Counted from the first letter of the stretch, positions 42,165 to 55,039 are shown. The stretch is DNA of 64,000 nucleotides from Eledone cirrhosa (GCA_964016885.1 OZ024740.1:301630001-301694000), one strand, 5' to 3'. The notes: a model not told the origin generated them from the sequence alone. Numbers and translations are program-made.

Positions 42165-42970
42165 ATAATAATAAATTTGAAGACTAAAATCCAAGGAGGG
42201 CTCGTTGCTTAAACTTTAATCTGTTATTTTAATAAATATATATACATATATATATATTGTCATACTTTGGAAGGAGCAAACTTCCAATAGAAACACCACG
42301 CATCTGATGGTTTTCACTTTAATATATTATAAATTTCCGGTCACAGAATGTGTGACGAAGGAGCTTTGACAAAATATAAACATCCTTTCAGTTACCGAAC
42401 CGACAAATCGAGCGACAATTTATAATAAATTCAAATGAAACGTATAAGTACGTGTGTTCTTAGTCGCAGCTTGACCCAACCAAAGTATAACAGCATCTGG
42501 CTCAACACACGTTTCGAGATAAAAATCATGCAAAACAAGTTCAAAAGCGAAATGTATATATATATATATACATTATATTATATTATACATATATATACAT
42601 ATATATACAGACACACATATACACTTATATATATATATATTTATTTAATTATTTATTTATACATAAACAAACATTGTGTGTGAAGCTTGGATGTGCGAAG
42701 TTGCTCTGCTCCGAAGATATAAATGTATACGAAGCCGTAGGAAGCTGAGCAGTAGACAGTAACTGAAATTATAGTTTGTTTGTATAAAATAGCTTAAATA
42801 TATCGACAAATCTTCCCTAGAGATGAAAAACTTTTGCCAGTGGCAAATCATAAAAGGCGTACGTGCGAAGAAGCAAACAATTCCGCCGGACAGTCTTCAT
42901 CTAAAAGAAACTGACGCACAGATCAATAAGTTTTATCAAAAATATACCAGAGAAATACAACAACGAATGC

Positions 42971-43060
<90 letters not shown>

Positions 43061-43350
43061 ATAGAGAGAGAGAGAGAGAGGGAGAGATAGAGATAGATAG
43101 AGATACACTGATTTCAGGATCATACGTTGATACGATTGCGAACGATATTATCAGCGGGAGAATGAGCTATAACATTTCTCACTTAATTAAACCTAAATTG
43201 TCCTTTTATAGGTGCTCCAATATGTGAGGGTGTAGTTAATCCAGAGGGAATGGTAGGGAGAAAAGCAAGTGAACGAAAACTATTACTTAGTGTACCCATA
43301 ACTGGGGTGACTCTAGTTCACACTCTCTCTCTCTCTCTCTCTCTCTCTCG

Positions 43351-43397
<47 letters not shown>

Positions 43398-43450
43398 TCT
43401 CCCTCTCTCTTTCTCTCTCTCGCTCTATACATATATATATATATATATAT

Positions 43451-43748
43451 GATGGCTGCCCCCTCGTTATCGAGTATGGCCATTGTTGCACGATATACCA
43501 TTATTAATAATTATTAATTAATTCTATGATGCAATGCTTGTGCGTGAAGATATTTTTGAAAGTGAGGAAAGACTGTGCACTGAGCCAATCTCAATTTCTG
43601 AGCGACAGTAGCTGCAACCCGAAAAGAAGTAAGGTTCAACATCATCGGTAACTACTGAGTTGCCTTCTCCTAGAAGTATGCCCTGACAAAGTCTAGGGGT
43701 CCTTCACTCCCAGTGGTTTAACAGCGCGATCGGGTGTCCAGCCAGACT
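43451..43748 (-). mobile_element. Short bipartite RTE derivative (5'-UTR motif + 3' tail)
   Basis: 43451-43492 is the reverse complement of the RTE tail at 55414-55453; 43657-43702 resembles 40055-40101. Confidence 0.55.
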
Positions 43749-44091
43749 AATTCAGGCTGTTTGTTTACAAACGAACAAACCGAGCATTATAATAAATGTT
43801 CGGTAAACTGATACGTGCATATATATATATATGTGTGCCTGTATGTATATATATACATGCTACTGTACGTCTGTATACATATATGTATGTACGTATACAT
43901 ACATACTTACATTTAAGTAAGTGCCGTACTAAGAGTGAGAAATAAAATTTCGTTTCATTCTATTCCATTTATCGTTTTCGGTGCGCCTGGCCGACTGAAC
44001 TCACTCGATATGCAAATTAGGCTGCTCAGCCGTTAATTTTCATAAGGAAAGTATATACTTTCGGACGTTCAACCATCTGGCAGAAAGGTAT

Positions 44092-44134
44092 ACGGTGCTG
44101 ATGATAGCTAATATGCTTGAAACTAGTACATCGT
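44092..44134 (+). ncRNA. Minimal type-I hammerhead ribozyme (copy 1)
   Basis: ACGGTG-CTGATGA-T AGC TAATAT GCT T-GAAAC-TA-GTA^CATCGT: all core nucleotides present; predicted cleavage after 44128. Confidence 0.85.
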
Positions 44135-44539
44135 TCCGGTGTCAGTGTTGAACAAAAAGGTGACGTGGTTGCCTAAACACTGTACGGCGTAATTCAGGCT
44201 GTCTGTTTGTTTACAAACGAACAAACCGAGCATTATAATAAATGTTCGGTAAACTGATACGTGCATATATATATATGTGTGTGCCTGTATGTATATATAT
44301 ATACATGCTACTCTACGTCTGTATACATATATGTATGTACGTATACATACATACTTACATTTAAGTAAGTGCCGTACTAAGAGTGAGAAATGAAATTTTG
44401 TTTCATTCTATTCCATTTATCGTTTTCGGCGCGCCTGGCCGACTGAACTCACTCGATATGCAAATTAGTCTGCTCAGCCGTTAATTTTCATAAGGAAAGT
44501 ATATACTTTCGGAAGTTCAACCATCTGGCAGAAAGGTAT

Positions 44540-44582
44540 ACGGTGCTGATGATAGCTAATATGCTTGAAACTAGTACATCGT
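44540..44582 (+). ncRNA. Minimal type-I hammerhead ribozyme (copy 2)
   Basis: Identical to copy 1; predicted cleavage after 44576. Confidence 0.85.
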
Positions 44583-44820
44583 TCCGGTGTCAGTGTTGAA
44601 CAAAAAGGTGACGTGGTTGCCTAAACACTGTACGGCGTAATTCAGGCTGTCTGTTTGTTTACAAACGAACAAACCGAGCATTATAATAAATGTTCGGTAA
44701 ACTGATACGTGCATATATATATGTGTGTGTGCCTGTATGTATATATATATACATGCTACTCTACGTCTGTATACATATATGTATGTACGTATACATACAT
44801 ACTTACATATATATATATAT

Positions 44821-45149
44821 ATCAAAATGAATATCCGAAAGCAATGTAAAATTCCTATCATTTAATCACGACACACGTTTCAATAAGAGATAGATCTATT
44901 GTGAAGCCATGATCGATTATCACTAAACTCATCAGGTGAGAATGAATTGTCTTCATATGAGGGAATGGATTCTGTGTGAGAACATCGTTATTTTTCTCCC
45001 TCATATCAAGAATTTGAAGACAATTAATTCTCACCTGATGAGATCAGTGATAATCGATCATGGATTCACAATCGATCTATCTTTTATTGAAACATGTGTC
45101 GTGATTAAATGATTGGAATTTTACCTTGTCTTCGGATTTTGATTTTGAT
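44821..45149. mobile_element. Inverted-repeat Penelope-like pLTR relic with hammerhead motifs on both strands
   Basis: ~135-bp arms 44821-44955 / 45015-45149; TCAC-CTGATGA...GAAAC ATGT GTC-GTGA at 45031-45104 (+) and a counterpart at 44866-44939 (-). Confidence 0.75.
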
Positions 45150-45309
45150 ACTTATACCTCCGTTTTCCATCATCTAGCTGTTTCCTTGAATGGAATTGGA
45201 GATATACAAAAGCGTAGGAGAACTTAATATTGCTAACATAAATTTATTGGACCATTTTACAGAACCAATACTGCACCTTACTATATTATAACTATATATA
45301 TATATATAT

Positions 45310-45429
45310 ATAGGAAAATGTATGACCCCCGGCGGCAGAGCTCAAGCCGTTTCGACGGCTATTTCTGGGCGTCAGAAATAGCCGTCGAAACGGCTTCAGC
45401 TCTGCCGTCGGGGTCATACATGTTCCTAT
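45310..45429. repeat. ~120-bp near-perfect GC-rich palindrome next to (TA)n
   Basis: ATAGGAAAATGTATGACCCC...ATTTCTG ggcgt CAGAAAT...GGGGTCATACATGTTCCTAT. Confidence 0.93.
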
Positions 45430-47739
45430 TACCCACTCTACTACCCTAAGTATTGAGTACTCTGGTGCGTTATGGTCCATCTGGTTTCTTACCACAACTC
45501 CTTCGTTATATATATATATAATTCATCATTGTTAGTATATATGGTTCTATATGGTATAATGGACTACGGGAGGCCTTTCGTGTATATCTCCGTGATGTTT
45601 ATACTAAATTTATCAAGATGAATTAAATATGTATGGGAAAATTAAGAAATATGATAGTGCCCTAGCATAGATAAGTAGGGTATTGGAGATGTTATATTTA
45701 TGCTATATGTGGAAGTGTGAATTCGAATTGCATATTCAAGTTAAGTCTACGTTAATAGTTAGAAAACTTGTGCACTAGAATAGCAGAAAAATATCTACCT
45801 TATCAGCTGAGAAACAGTTATTCTACAGATTTGTACGCCATTGTAACAAAGCATTAGAGATTCTCCACAGTAACAGAAATAGTTTATGTGTAGGATGTGC
45901 TGTGAATGTTAGAAGTAGAAACATGCTATCTAAATATTGATAAATATAGCTATATATTGCTAATCAGTAAGCACTTTGCGTTTAGTTATAAGGAAAACAA
46001 GATATTCAACCAATACCAAGTTAACGCTAAATATATATGTATATATATAGCAACAGTTCAAATAGAGTATGCTATAATAGAATATATCATAGATCAACAC
46101 CCTTGCTCCAAAATATACAAGCGCCGAAATTCTCCCAATTACGTCTACGTGAATCGCGCCTCTAATCGGTCGATCTTTGCACATCCAACTCCACCCCCAA
46201 TTAAAGGGTTCAAAGGAAAGTGAGCATGGGTATTTCTGTCTGAATCACCCAGTGATTCTATTCTTGATATCTATATACGAAACACATACAAATAACGAAT
46301 GTTCGGCGACAAAGCATTTGCACTGTGCTCGGCTTAATAGAAAGGACAGGTTATCAGTTATCTGGTTCATTAAATAGCAATGAGTATAATTAATCCTTTA
46401 CATGTATTCCACGGAGTTATAAATGTTTAAGGGTGTAGAAAAATGAGAGTCGTATATGGTGATATTCTATTTCATTTTGTAATTATAAGTGTTTCTGACA
46501 TGGTTTTCGATAAATGTTGTAATCTTATTTAATCAGACATAGGCTTATGAAACCTGGATACGTAGATAATCAATTACGTTGTACTGTCAGGGATTATCGT
46601 GAATGTATCTCGTCCGTTCAAAACGTCAACGGGCAACAGCATAAACGGTGTTGAAGGACAACAAGATACTTCTTAAAATATCATGGGCATAAAAATAGAT
46701 TTCGAACCAAACAATAATATTACAAACTTCCACGGTGTGATACGCGATCTCTGTTGTTTCACCCCTTTCAAAAATTAGAATGAAAATCCCACTTACATAA
46801 ATAAAAGCTCAAACCACCCGCACTCAATTCCCAACTATATTTTATATGGCATATCTTATAGGATTTCCATCTGCGAACATTCATCAAACTCACAGATTAC
46901 TACAACGAAACACTTTGCACTAAATTTATCCAGAATGCATATGAGATTGTCAGGTAAACATCTCTGTACGGGGCCAAGATATATGAATGCGATTGTTTTC
47001 TAGTTATTCACAATGAATACACACACCGATGATATCGATGACCTCTGTCAAACCATTGAACACCAGAGATGCGTCAAACTGATGAACCCCTCCCCTTGTT
47101 TATCCTTTGAATGTTGCCGTGGAATTTTTGTGAATTCAGGGAGTTCAAATATGAATGGATATAATCACGCTAGTCAACACACATATACAAACAGTTTCTG
47201 AGCCTCAAAACATATAAGCCTCAAAAGCTGGTAAGCTGACACCTTGAAAGGTATGAAAAGGGGACTGAAACCAAGCAAATGACGGAGAAAGGCCTGCGTA
47301 TCGTAGACCAATTTGGCGTTTCTGGCAATTACAAGTTTGGTGTTTGCTGTCATGTTGATCACAAATTTTCTGTCATGTGATGATATACGATATCAGCTCT
47401 AGTACAGAGCAGGTAATGAAGGCAAAAATCAAGAAATACATAAGTGGCTTGTATCCCACCAGGTCGCACTGGTGCTACCCTCTACTGCCACCAGATAAAA
47501 TACAATGCTACCACACAAGTTCATAGTTAAGGAATACAATGTGGGGAAAAGCAAGTCTGCCCACCGCGATTGAGGAATTAGGATGACAGGATCGCGAGAT
47601 CTATCCGACTAAAGCTGAATACGAGCAGAACATGGAAAGTCTAGTAGGTGGCAGATGCAGTGATCAGATAAATAATGTGATCCGCTCAGGTCAATTGGCA
47701 GGGGTTGGGTGTAACAAAAATAGAACGATGATCAGAAGC

Positions 47740-47960
47740 CAGGTAAATATGAGGATAGATTTGATTTTACAGGAGAATGAAGAAGAGAATGCAAGTAAGC
47801 TCAGGAACGCTACACAACATAACTCCCCGATCCAGAAGTATTTTAGCTGGAATGACGTGCGGAATACAGGGACTTTTAGAATCATTTTTATCTTCAGACT
47901 AGTATATGGCCTCCAGTTCTGGAATACAAATCTAGAGAAGTGGAGGCAAATTAGATAACT
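47740..47960 (+). mobile_element. Possible highly decayed CR1/L2-like LINE fragment
   Basis: ILQENEEE...RLVYGLQFWN resembles the post-RT LEY..QFW.P motif; weak. Confidence 0.3.
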
Positions 47961-49142
47961 CCGTCTATCATGTTATACAGACACCATGAAAGGTTCTCAC
48001 TTCATACAAAGTGGCAATCACCAAAAAAGATTAACTTGGATGATCAACTGCTTAAGGGGATCGTAGTAAGTAGGATTAAAGCAAAACCAATAGCACCAGA
48101 ATATTCAACAACATTCTATACTGGAGGAGGCAGCCAATCTTGGCCGGGAGCAACACTGTCATACAAGACATGAATGTGAAACCCTATGGTTGCTATGGCT
48201 GAAACATGTCAGAACGAACACCTGAATGCCGTCCAGTCCCGTAAGAATGTAAATAGTCAAGGGCCGAAACACATGACTATAAGGTCTGCTTCCCATCTCT
48301 TCTGAGTATTTCATACCCAAAAATGGCTTGTTTAGCGTTCTAACCTCATGGACACTCCTCCATTTGCGTGGATCTGCACCTTCAAAATCCAGCGATTCGA
48401 AAGATTTTTAATCAAACAATATATAGTAAGAATTTTGTAAGCGCTGTGTGCATTTTACTCGGAGAATATGAACCGTATTGTATACCTTATAGTTCACCTA
48501 ACGTAAGATATATAAACGTGATTTTGGTTCAATAATAGAAGAAAACTAATCATTGCTTAGTCAGTGCACAAACCGAATAAATATACTTGCAGAGAATAAA
48601 CCTTTTTCGAATGCATAGAATGTATTTCAATGTAGCTGAGCTGACTATATCAGAATGTCTGAACTTAACCGGAAACACAAATATGTACATACATGAATTG
48701 TAAAGAAACGTCAGCAATTCCGGTTGCAATGCGTTGTTCAGCTTAATATATATTCCTCTATTTAGTTGTTGCCATTTTCCTAGTGTAGATATTCAATTGT
48801 AAGTATCAGGAGTTTAAGGAAAGGGTTGTTTCTTAGAAAATATTCCTACTGCAGAAAATAGCAGAATGTGCATTCAGAGACGAATAATTTAGATTATGGC
48901 AATGCATACGCAAGGGCTAAAAAAGAGATAGAGTTAGGGCTATTTTACATTGTATATAATTTTACATTTTATATAATGACATTCAAAATGTCTATCACAT
49001 TGTTTAAAAATGTTTTAACCTCATAGTTTGCAACTGTACTGATGCTAATATGCAGTGTATTTCAGACCAATGGACGTATATCAAATTATATATGTATATA
49101 TATATTTGTTCTTGGGTATATATACACTTATATATATATGAT

Positions 49143-49182
<40 letters not shown>

Positions 49183-49225
49183 CATATAATCATATATATA
49201 TAAGTGTATATATACCCAAGAACAA

Positions 49226-49310
<85 letters not shown>

Positions 49311-49892
49311 TAATAAAATAACAGGAGGCTGGACTTGTGTAAATCCTTGAAAGGTTTATTATAGTATGATCATTTCAATGACCGGGTTCTGTATGAATCC
49401 GGTGATATCATCAGGTATTCGAAATATAATAAATGAATGTAATAGATAAAATCCATGGGGCTGAAAATCATAGACCGGAGGACGACTGAACATCTAGCAT
49501 CCTCAACTTTAGCCGGTCGCCCTCAAGTGCTGGCTATTCGGTCTACTTAAGGATCTGGTGAGGGCGATAAAGCCTATAGTGTGCTACAAACCACCCGGTC
49601 AAATAGAAGAAAAACAGAAATGAAGAGGAAGACAAGTCAGCGTTAATGTCATGCTACAAGAAAAAAGACAGAAAAAAAGAGGAAGAAAAGGAAGAAGAAG
49701 AAAAGTCAGCGTTAATGTCAAGCTACAAGAAGAAAGACAGAAAGAAAGAAGAAGAAAAGTCCGTATTGATGTCATTCTACAGTCAGGCCAGGAATGCCGC
49801 GAAAAAGTTATTCTAAAGGACACGTATCTTAACAGAGGCATAACAGAGGTAAATATAGTGGGGATCTGCATGTTATAATGTGAGAGCAGAAG

Positions 49893-51277
49893 ATTGGAAC
49901 GTTAAATTTTTGTTTAGATTTATAGGATGTAGTTACAAAAATTTAAGATTAACATTTTAAAATTAAAAAAAAAATAGAAAATTGAAAATTAAACAGTTTA
50001 AAATTGTTAAGGTTTGGGGTTGCGAGGTTTAGTTAAAGAAAGAGTCTTTTATGAAGAAACTTCAATTGTATTATAGAGTAAAGATTATGTCCTTGTTTAG
50101 CAGTCAAACAGCATGCGGCGACTGCAGACTCCGGCCAGCCCATGCTAACCGCGTGTCAGCCATTCCGAGTGAGATCGCTTAGCGAATGATATGGAAATCA
50201 ATTTTTCCAAGCACTCTAGGAATGTATTTCAGGCTTAAGGTGTGCTAGTGGGAAGTCAGCCCTCGTCGTTAGGTCATCCTTGTACCAAACTAGTACTATT
50301 AATTTACACAGGAGGGGTATTTGTTTAAGTAGAGGGAGGCATGATACAGCTAATAGTTATGATTAGGCCTAGAATTTAAAGGTACTATATGGCGGTCAAA
50401 GACGGCTGCGCGTCGGGCCCCTGGGGCGAATCAACCCGCTCCGAGTAATTCCATTTACCGAAAGAAGTGGAAATTTATTTTTCCAAGCACTCAAGGTAGG
50501 CCTATGCACCAGGAGGCCGGTCCCGAAGCCAGGAAAACCAACCCACCAGTCCGACAGAAAATTGGAACGTTAAATTTTAGTTTAGATTTATAGGATGAAG
50601 TTAGAAAATTAAAGATTTACATTTTAAAGTTAAAAAGTTAGAAAATTGAAAATTAAACAATTAGAAAATTGAAAATTAAACAGTTTAAATATGTTTTTAA
50701 GGTTTGGGGTTGCGACGTTTAGTTACAGAGAGAGTATTTTATGAAGAAACGTTAATTGTATTATAGAGATCTTCTATAAGTTATCCTAGTGGGATGTAGA
50801 GTAAAGAATATGTCCTTGTTTAGCAGTCAAACGGCATACGGCGACTGCAGACCCCGGCCAGCCCATCCTAACCACATGTCAGCCATTCCGAGTGAGATCG
50901 CCTAGCGAGAGATATGGAAATCAATTATTCCAAGCACTCATGGAATGTATTCCAGGCTTCAGGTGTGCTAGTGGGAAGTCAGCCATCATCGTTATGCCAT
51001 CATTATACCAAACGAGTACTAATTAATTTACACAGGAGAGGGATTTGTTTAAGTAGAGGGAGGCCTGATACAGCTAATATTTATGATTAGGCCTAGAATT
51101 TAAAGGTACTATATGGTGGTCTAAAAGCGGCTGCGCGGCGAGCCCCTGGGCGAATCAATCCGCTCCGAGTAATTTCATTTACCGAAAGAAGGGGAAATTT
51201 AGTTTTCAAAGCACTCAAGGTTGACCCATGCACACTGAGGCCGGTCCAGTAGCGAGGAAAACCAACACAACAGTCGG
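49893..51277. repeat. Diverged ~670-710-bp tandem duplication
   Basis: ATTGGAACGTTAAATTTT starts at 49893 and 50561; colinear to ...AAAACCAAC..CAGTC. Confidence 0.92.
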
Positions 51278-52540
51278 ATCATCGCGTGTAATCAATTGTA
51301 AAACTCGATGAAGTGCAAATAGACTATATCTAGGTCCCCGGGTAGTCCGGGTAAGAGGTATTGTTGTTCTCAGGGGGAGACATTCTAGTGTCGTGTGCTA
51401 ATGGGTACAAGCGAGTAAAAGTCCGAATAAGAGGAGTAAAAAATACATGGATAGATAAAAGTAGAATACGTAGAAAAAGCACATTAATAAAGTAAACAGG
51501 TAGAAATATAAATAAACAAATACAAATAACTAGAGTGATGGTGGAGTAAAATGGAGAAATCAAAACACAGGAGAAATACAATATAGGTCAAGTTGCAGTC
51601 AGATAATGCATATAGATAAGGAAATGGAATCAGTGTGTGTTCGAGTCTGAGAATTCAGTGTGAGTTACAAAGGCCCTGAAGTATAGGGTAGATAATTTAG
51701 TCAATACAGTACAATACAGGTTATGGTATAATCCGTAGAATTTTGTCGAAGTCTGAATATTCCGAGAGGGATGAGCATTGTGCCAGGTGGGCGGTAGACA
51801 AAGCGCAGAGTAGCCAAAATCCGAATGGTGATTAGATCTAGTCAGTCCCAAGCCGCTGTTCATTATTACATTTGGAAGTGCTCAACATTTCCGGAGCATT
51901 ATTTATTTAGGTTATTTAGGATAGAGCTTTTTTAAATGTAATTTGATTGGTTATAAATGAAATTATAACTGTCACGTGAACAAGTACATTAAATTTCGCG
52001 GCCGTATTTGGGAATTTCTCTGTTGCCATTTACAGAATGTTGTGCCAAACAAAAGATAATGGTCAAGTAAAAAGGGATGGGGAGAATTGTTCTGGTCCAT
52101 TGAGTATGGCTGATATTCAGACATTCTATTAAAATAAAGAAAGTAGAGTTCTGTATTTTTATTTGTGTGCTGGTGTGTGTGTGTGTGTGTGTGTGTAGGA
52201 AAATGATTCTGTTAGTAGAAATGGGGAAGGGAGTTATGTGTGTGTGTGTATGGGTGTTATATGTGTATGTGTGTGTTGGAGTATGGTTAGCATGTTGAGA
52301 TGGAGAGAATATATATTTGTGTGTGTGTGTGTGTGTGTGTAGGAAAATGATCCGTTAGTAGAAATGGGGGAGGGAGTTCTGTGTGTGGGGGGTATGGTTG
52401 ACATGTTAAGGTTTTAAAGTATTAACGTATGTTAAGGTTTATTTAGCTCTGAATTTTATTTTAGGATATAGATGGTGTTATGTGTGTATGTATGTGCCTG
52501 TTTGGATGGTTAGCACGTTATGGTGTTCACATAATGCATA

Positions 52541-52990
52541 TTAAACTATATTTAATGCTGGTCTATATTTTGGAATAAACATATTTTCCTTATTTATTCG
52601 TATTTGTTCTGTTGTATTGTCAGCGCAAAAATAAAATGGGAAGCCTTGGAATTCGGGTGTTTTATCACATGCGCATATGTCTAGATATGCACTGAGTGGT
52701 ATCTGTCTTGTAGTAGGGTCTCGTAATTGTTGGCGATGAATTGGCATTCTGTTTCTGAGTGTGAATTTAGTTTTTCCTATATAATCTTCATTGCATCCTT
52801 TATATTTAATGGCATAAAGCAATTTTTTTGATGAGCAAGTGAAGTTATTTTTTAAAACAAAATGTTGTCCTGATTGAAATGTATACATGTTGGCTTCAGT
52901 GAGGTGAGTGTAGGTTCCACAATTAGAGCGACCACATTTTTTGACAGTTGCTTGTGGGTTTGTGGTAGGTAATTTGGCATTGGTGAGTAA
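52541..52990 (-). pseudogene. Penelope-like GIY-YIG endonuclease domain
   Basis: CGRSNCGTY(T)H, NFTCSSKKLLYAIKYKGCNEDYIGKT, LRNRMPIHRQQ, KENMFI..YRPALN. Confidence 0.9.
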
Positions 52991-52991
52991 T

Positions 52992-53089
<98 letters not shown>

Positions 53090-54062
53090 AAATAACAGAT
53101 TAAAGTTTAAGCAAAGAATCGCTGCTTTCACTCTTAACAAGATCTTCTGAAAGTACAAAGTCAATATGTGAACGCAGAAGTGAATATTTCAAAAAACGTT
53201 GCAACCGGAGGAAGACAGGAATACGATACTTGTTCGTGGAAACGTACCCTGGCAAAGAACGGGAAAAAAAAATATAACACGTCATTATTTGGAGCGGTGA
53301 AAAACACTTACTCGCAAAGACAAAACCACGTTTATGGAATAAAAGAAGTCGTAGACTAATATTCTATTAGGTGGTTCATAGAGACGTTATCTGGCAATGA
53401 AGTGAAAAAACGAAGATAATAAGTCATATGTGGGGCGGGCGAACAATTGCACGCAAAGACAAAACCACGTAAATGGTATAACTGAAGTCGTAGAGTAAAA
53501 TTATAACTAGGAAACCGAATGATTCTCGGCTTCAGAGTTAAGAATAAAGTAAATAAAATACAGAGGTAAATGAAATTAAATAAATACATACACGCATCCA
53601 TATACGTACATACACAAGCATACGCGAAAACACTCGCCATAGGTATACAAATACACGCACGTACACAATAAAAAAATAACCACACGAATATACAGAACCC
53701 ACGCAACGCCTGTACCTGCATGCATACGAATGTATATACCAAATACACATAAAAATATATATATAAAAAATATTAAAAATAAAAATATGTATATATATAT
53801 ATATGTGTGTGTTTGTGTGCGTGTATACATATAATTAAATAAACGTATATAAATAAATAAATAAATACGAATATAACAAGCGCAAACACATACCTACATG
53901 TAAATACACTTATGCTCGGAGACTACGTCAACCAAAACACGATGTACACATATACACACACCCTACATACAATATTTGCTCTACGGTCTTTATATAATTG
54001 ATATATATTTATCCTTATCGAGCCCTCTTTGGATTTTAGTCTTCAAATTTATTATTATTACT
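53090..54062. mobile_element. Penelope-like relic, same family as 37674-38070
   Basis: 53090-53295 is the reverse complement of ~37760-37968; 53971-54062 matches 37973-38070; (TA)n on both sides. Confidence 0.7.
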
Positions 54063-54095
54063 ATATATATATATATCCATTCGTGAGTAATTGTA

Positions 54096-54132
<37 letters not shown>

Positions 54133-54145
54133 TGGTGAGTAATTG

Positions 54146-54214
<69 letters not shown>

Positions 54215-54246
54215 CATATACGTATGTATATATTTATGTATGTATG

Positions 54247-54277
<31 letters not shown>

Positions 54278-54278
<1 letters not shown>

Positions 54279-55039
54279 AGCAATTGGAGCGTTTCCATCA
54301 GATGTGTTTCAGACGGATCCATGGCGTTCACTGGAGGGACCACATCAGTGATGTCGAGATTTTGGAAAGCTCTATGTGTGACAGTATAGAAGCTCATGTG
54401 CTTAAGCAACGACTCCGTTGGAGTGGTCACCTTGCCAGGATGAAGGATTCTAGAATACCAAAACAACTCTTCTATGGAGAGTTGGTTAAAGGAAAACGAC
54501 CGCCACATAAACCAAAAAAGAGGTATAAGGATTCCTTGAAAGCCTCTCTGAAAGACGCTAACATCTCTGCTGATACATGGGAAAATATTGCTGCTGATCG
54601 TAATAAATGGAGAAAGACTGTATATGAGGGAAAAGTTGCCTTTGAGGCATCTCGAATCGCACACGAGAAAGTAAAGCGGGACGTGAGGAATGGCATTGCT
54701 TTTGCACTTCCAGACGGCGCGGGTCCTCTTATGGTGCTGACATGCAGCGTCTGTGCGAGACTCTGCCTAAGCAAAGCTGGACTCGAAAGTCATCTTCGCA
54801 GTCATAAAGTAAGACCAGTGGTTGACTACCAGGCTGCTGTTGGAGATGCTACTCATCATGCTTGCCAAACATGTGGTAGAGAATGTAAATCAGCAGGAGG
54901 GCTCAAGCGACATGCAAAAGTACACGAACTCCAACCACAGCCGACTATTCCGAGTGAATGTTATGGTTGCCGACTCTGTGCAAGACATTTTAGATCATTG
55001 GCTGGGCTAAAAAGCCACATTCGATCGCAGCACTGTTAG
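54278..55039 (+). pseudogene. RTE ORF C-terminus with three C2H2 zinc fingers
   Basis: [44 protein letters not shown]; CSVC..H...H, CQTC..H...H, CRLC..H....H. Confidence 0.88.

Larger units (their letters stand above)
43749..44808 (+). repeat. 448-bp tandem repeat, ~2.4 copies, near-identical, hammerhead-containing
   Basis: Unit starts AATTCAGGCTGT at 43749, 44191 and 44639. Confidence 0.95.
49308..52993 (-). mobile_element. Putative 5'-truncated Penelope-like element: GIY-YIG end plus long 3' region, bounded by (TA)n
   Basis: GIY-YIG ORF at the right end, hammerhead-like motif at 49361-49418 (-) near the left end; continuity between them is inferred. Confidence 0.55.

Noticed and set aside
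50220-50275. Hammerhead in the ~690-bp duplication (minus strand CGACGA/CGATGA...GAAA)
   Set aside because: Core incomplete in both copies and no convincing stem I.
54224-55039. Host C2H2 zinc-finger gene
   Set aside because: Upstream residues are RTE post-RT motifs, the start lies in a microsatellite, and an RTE tail follows.
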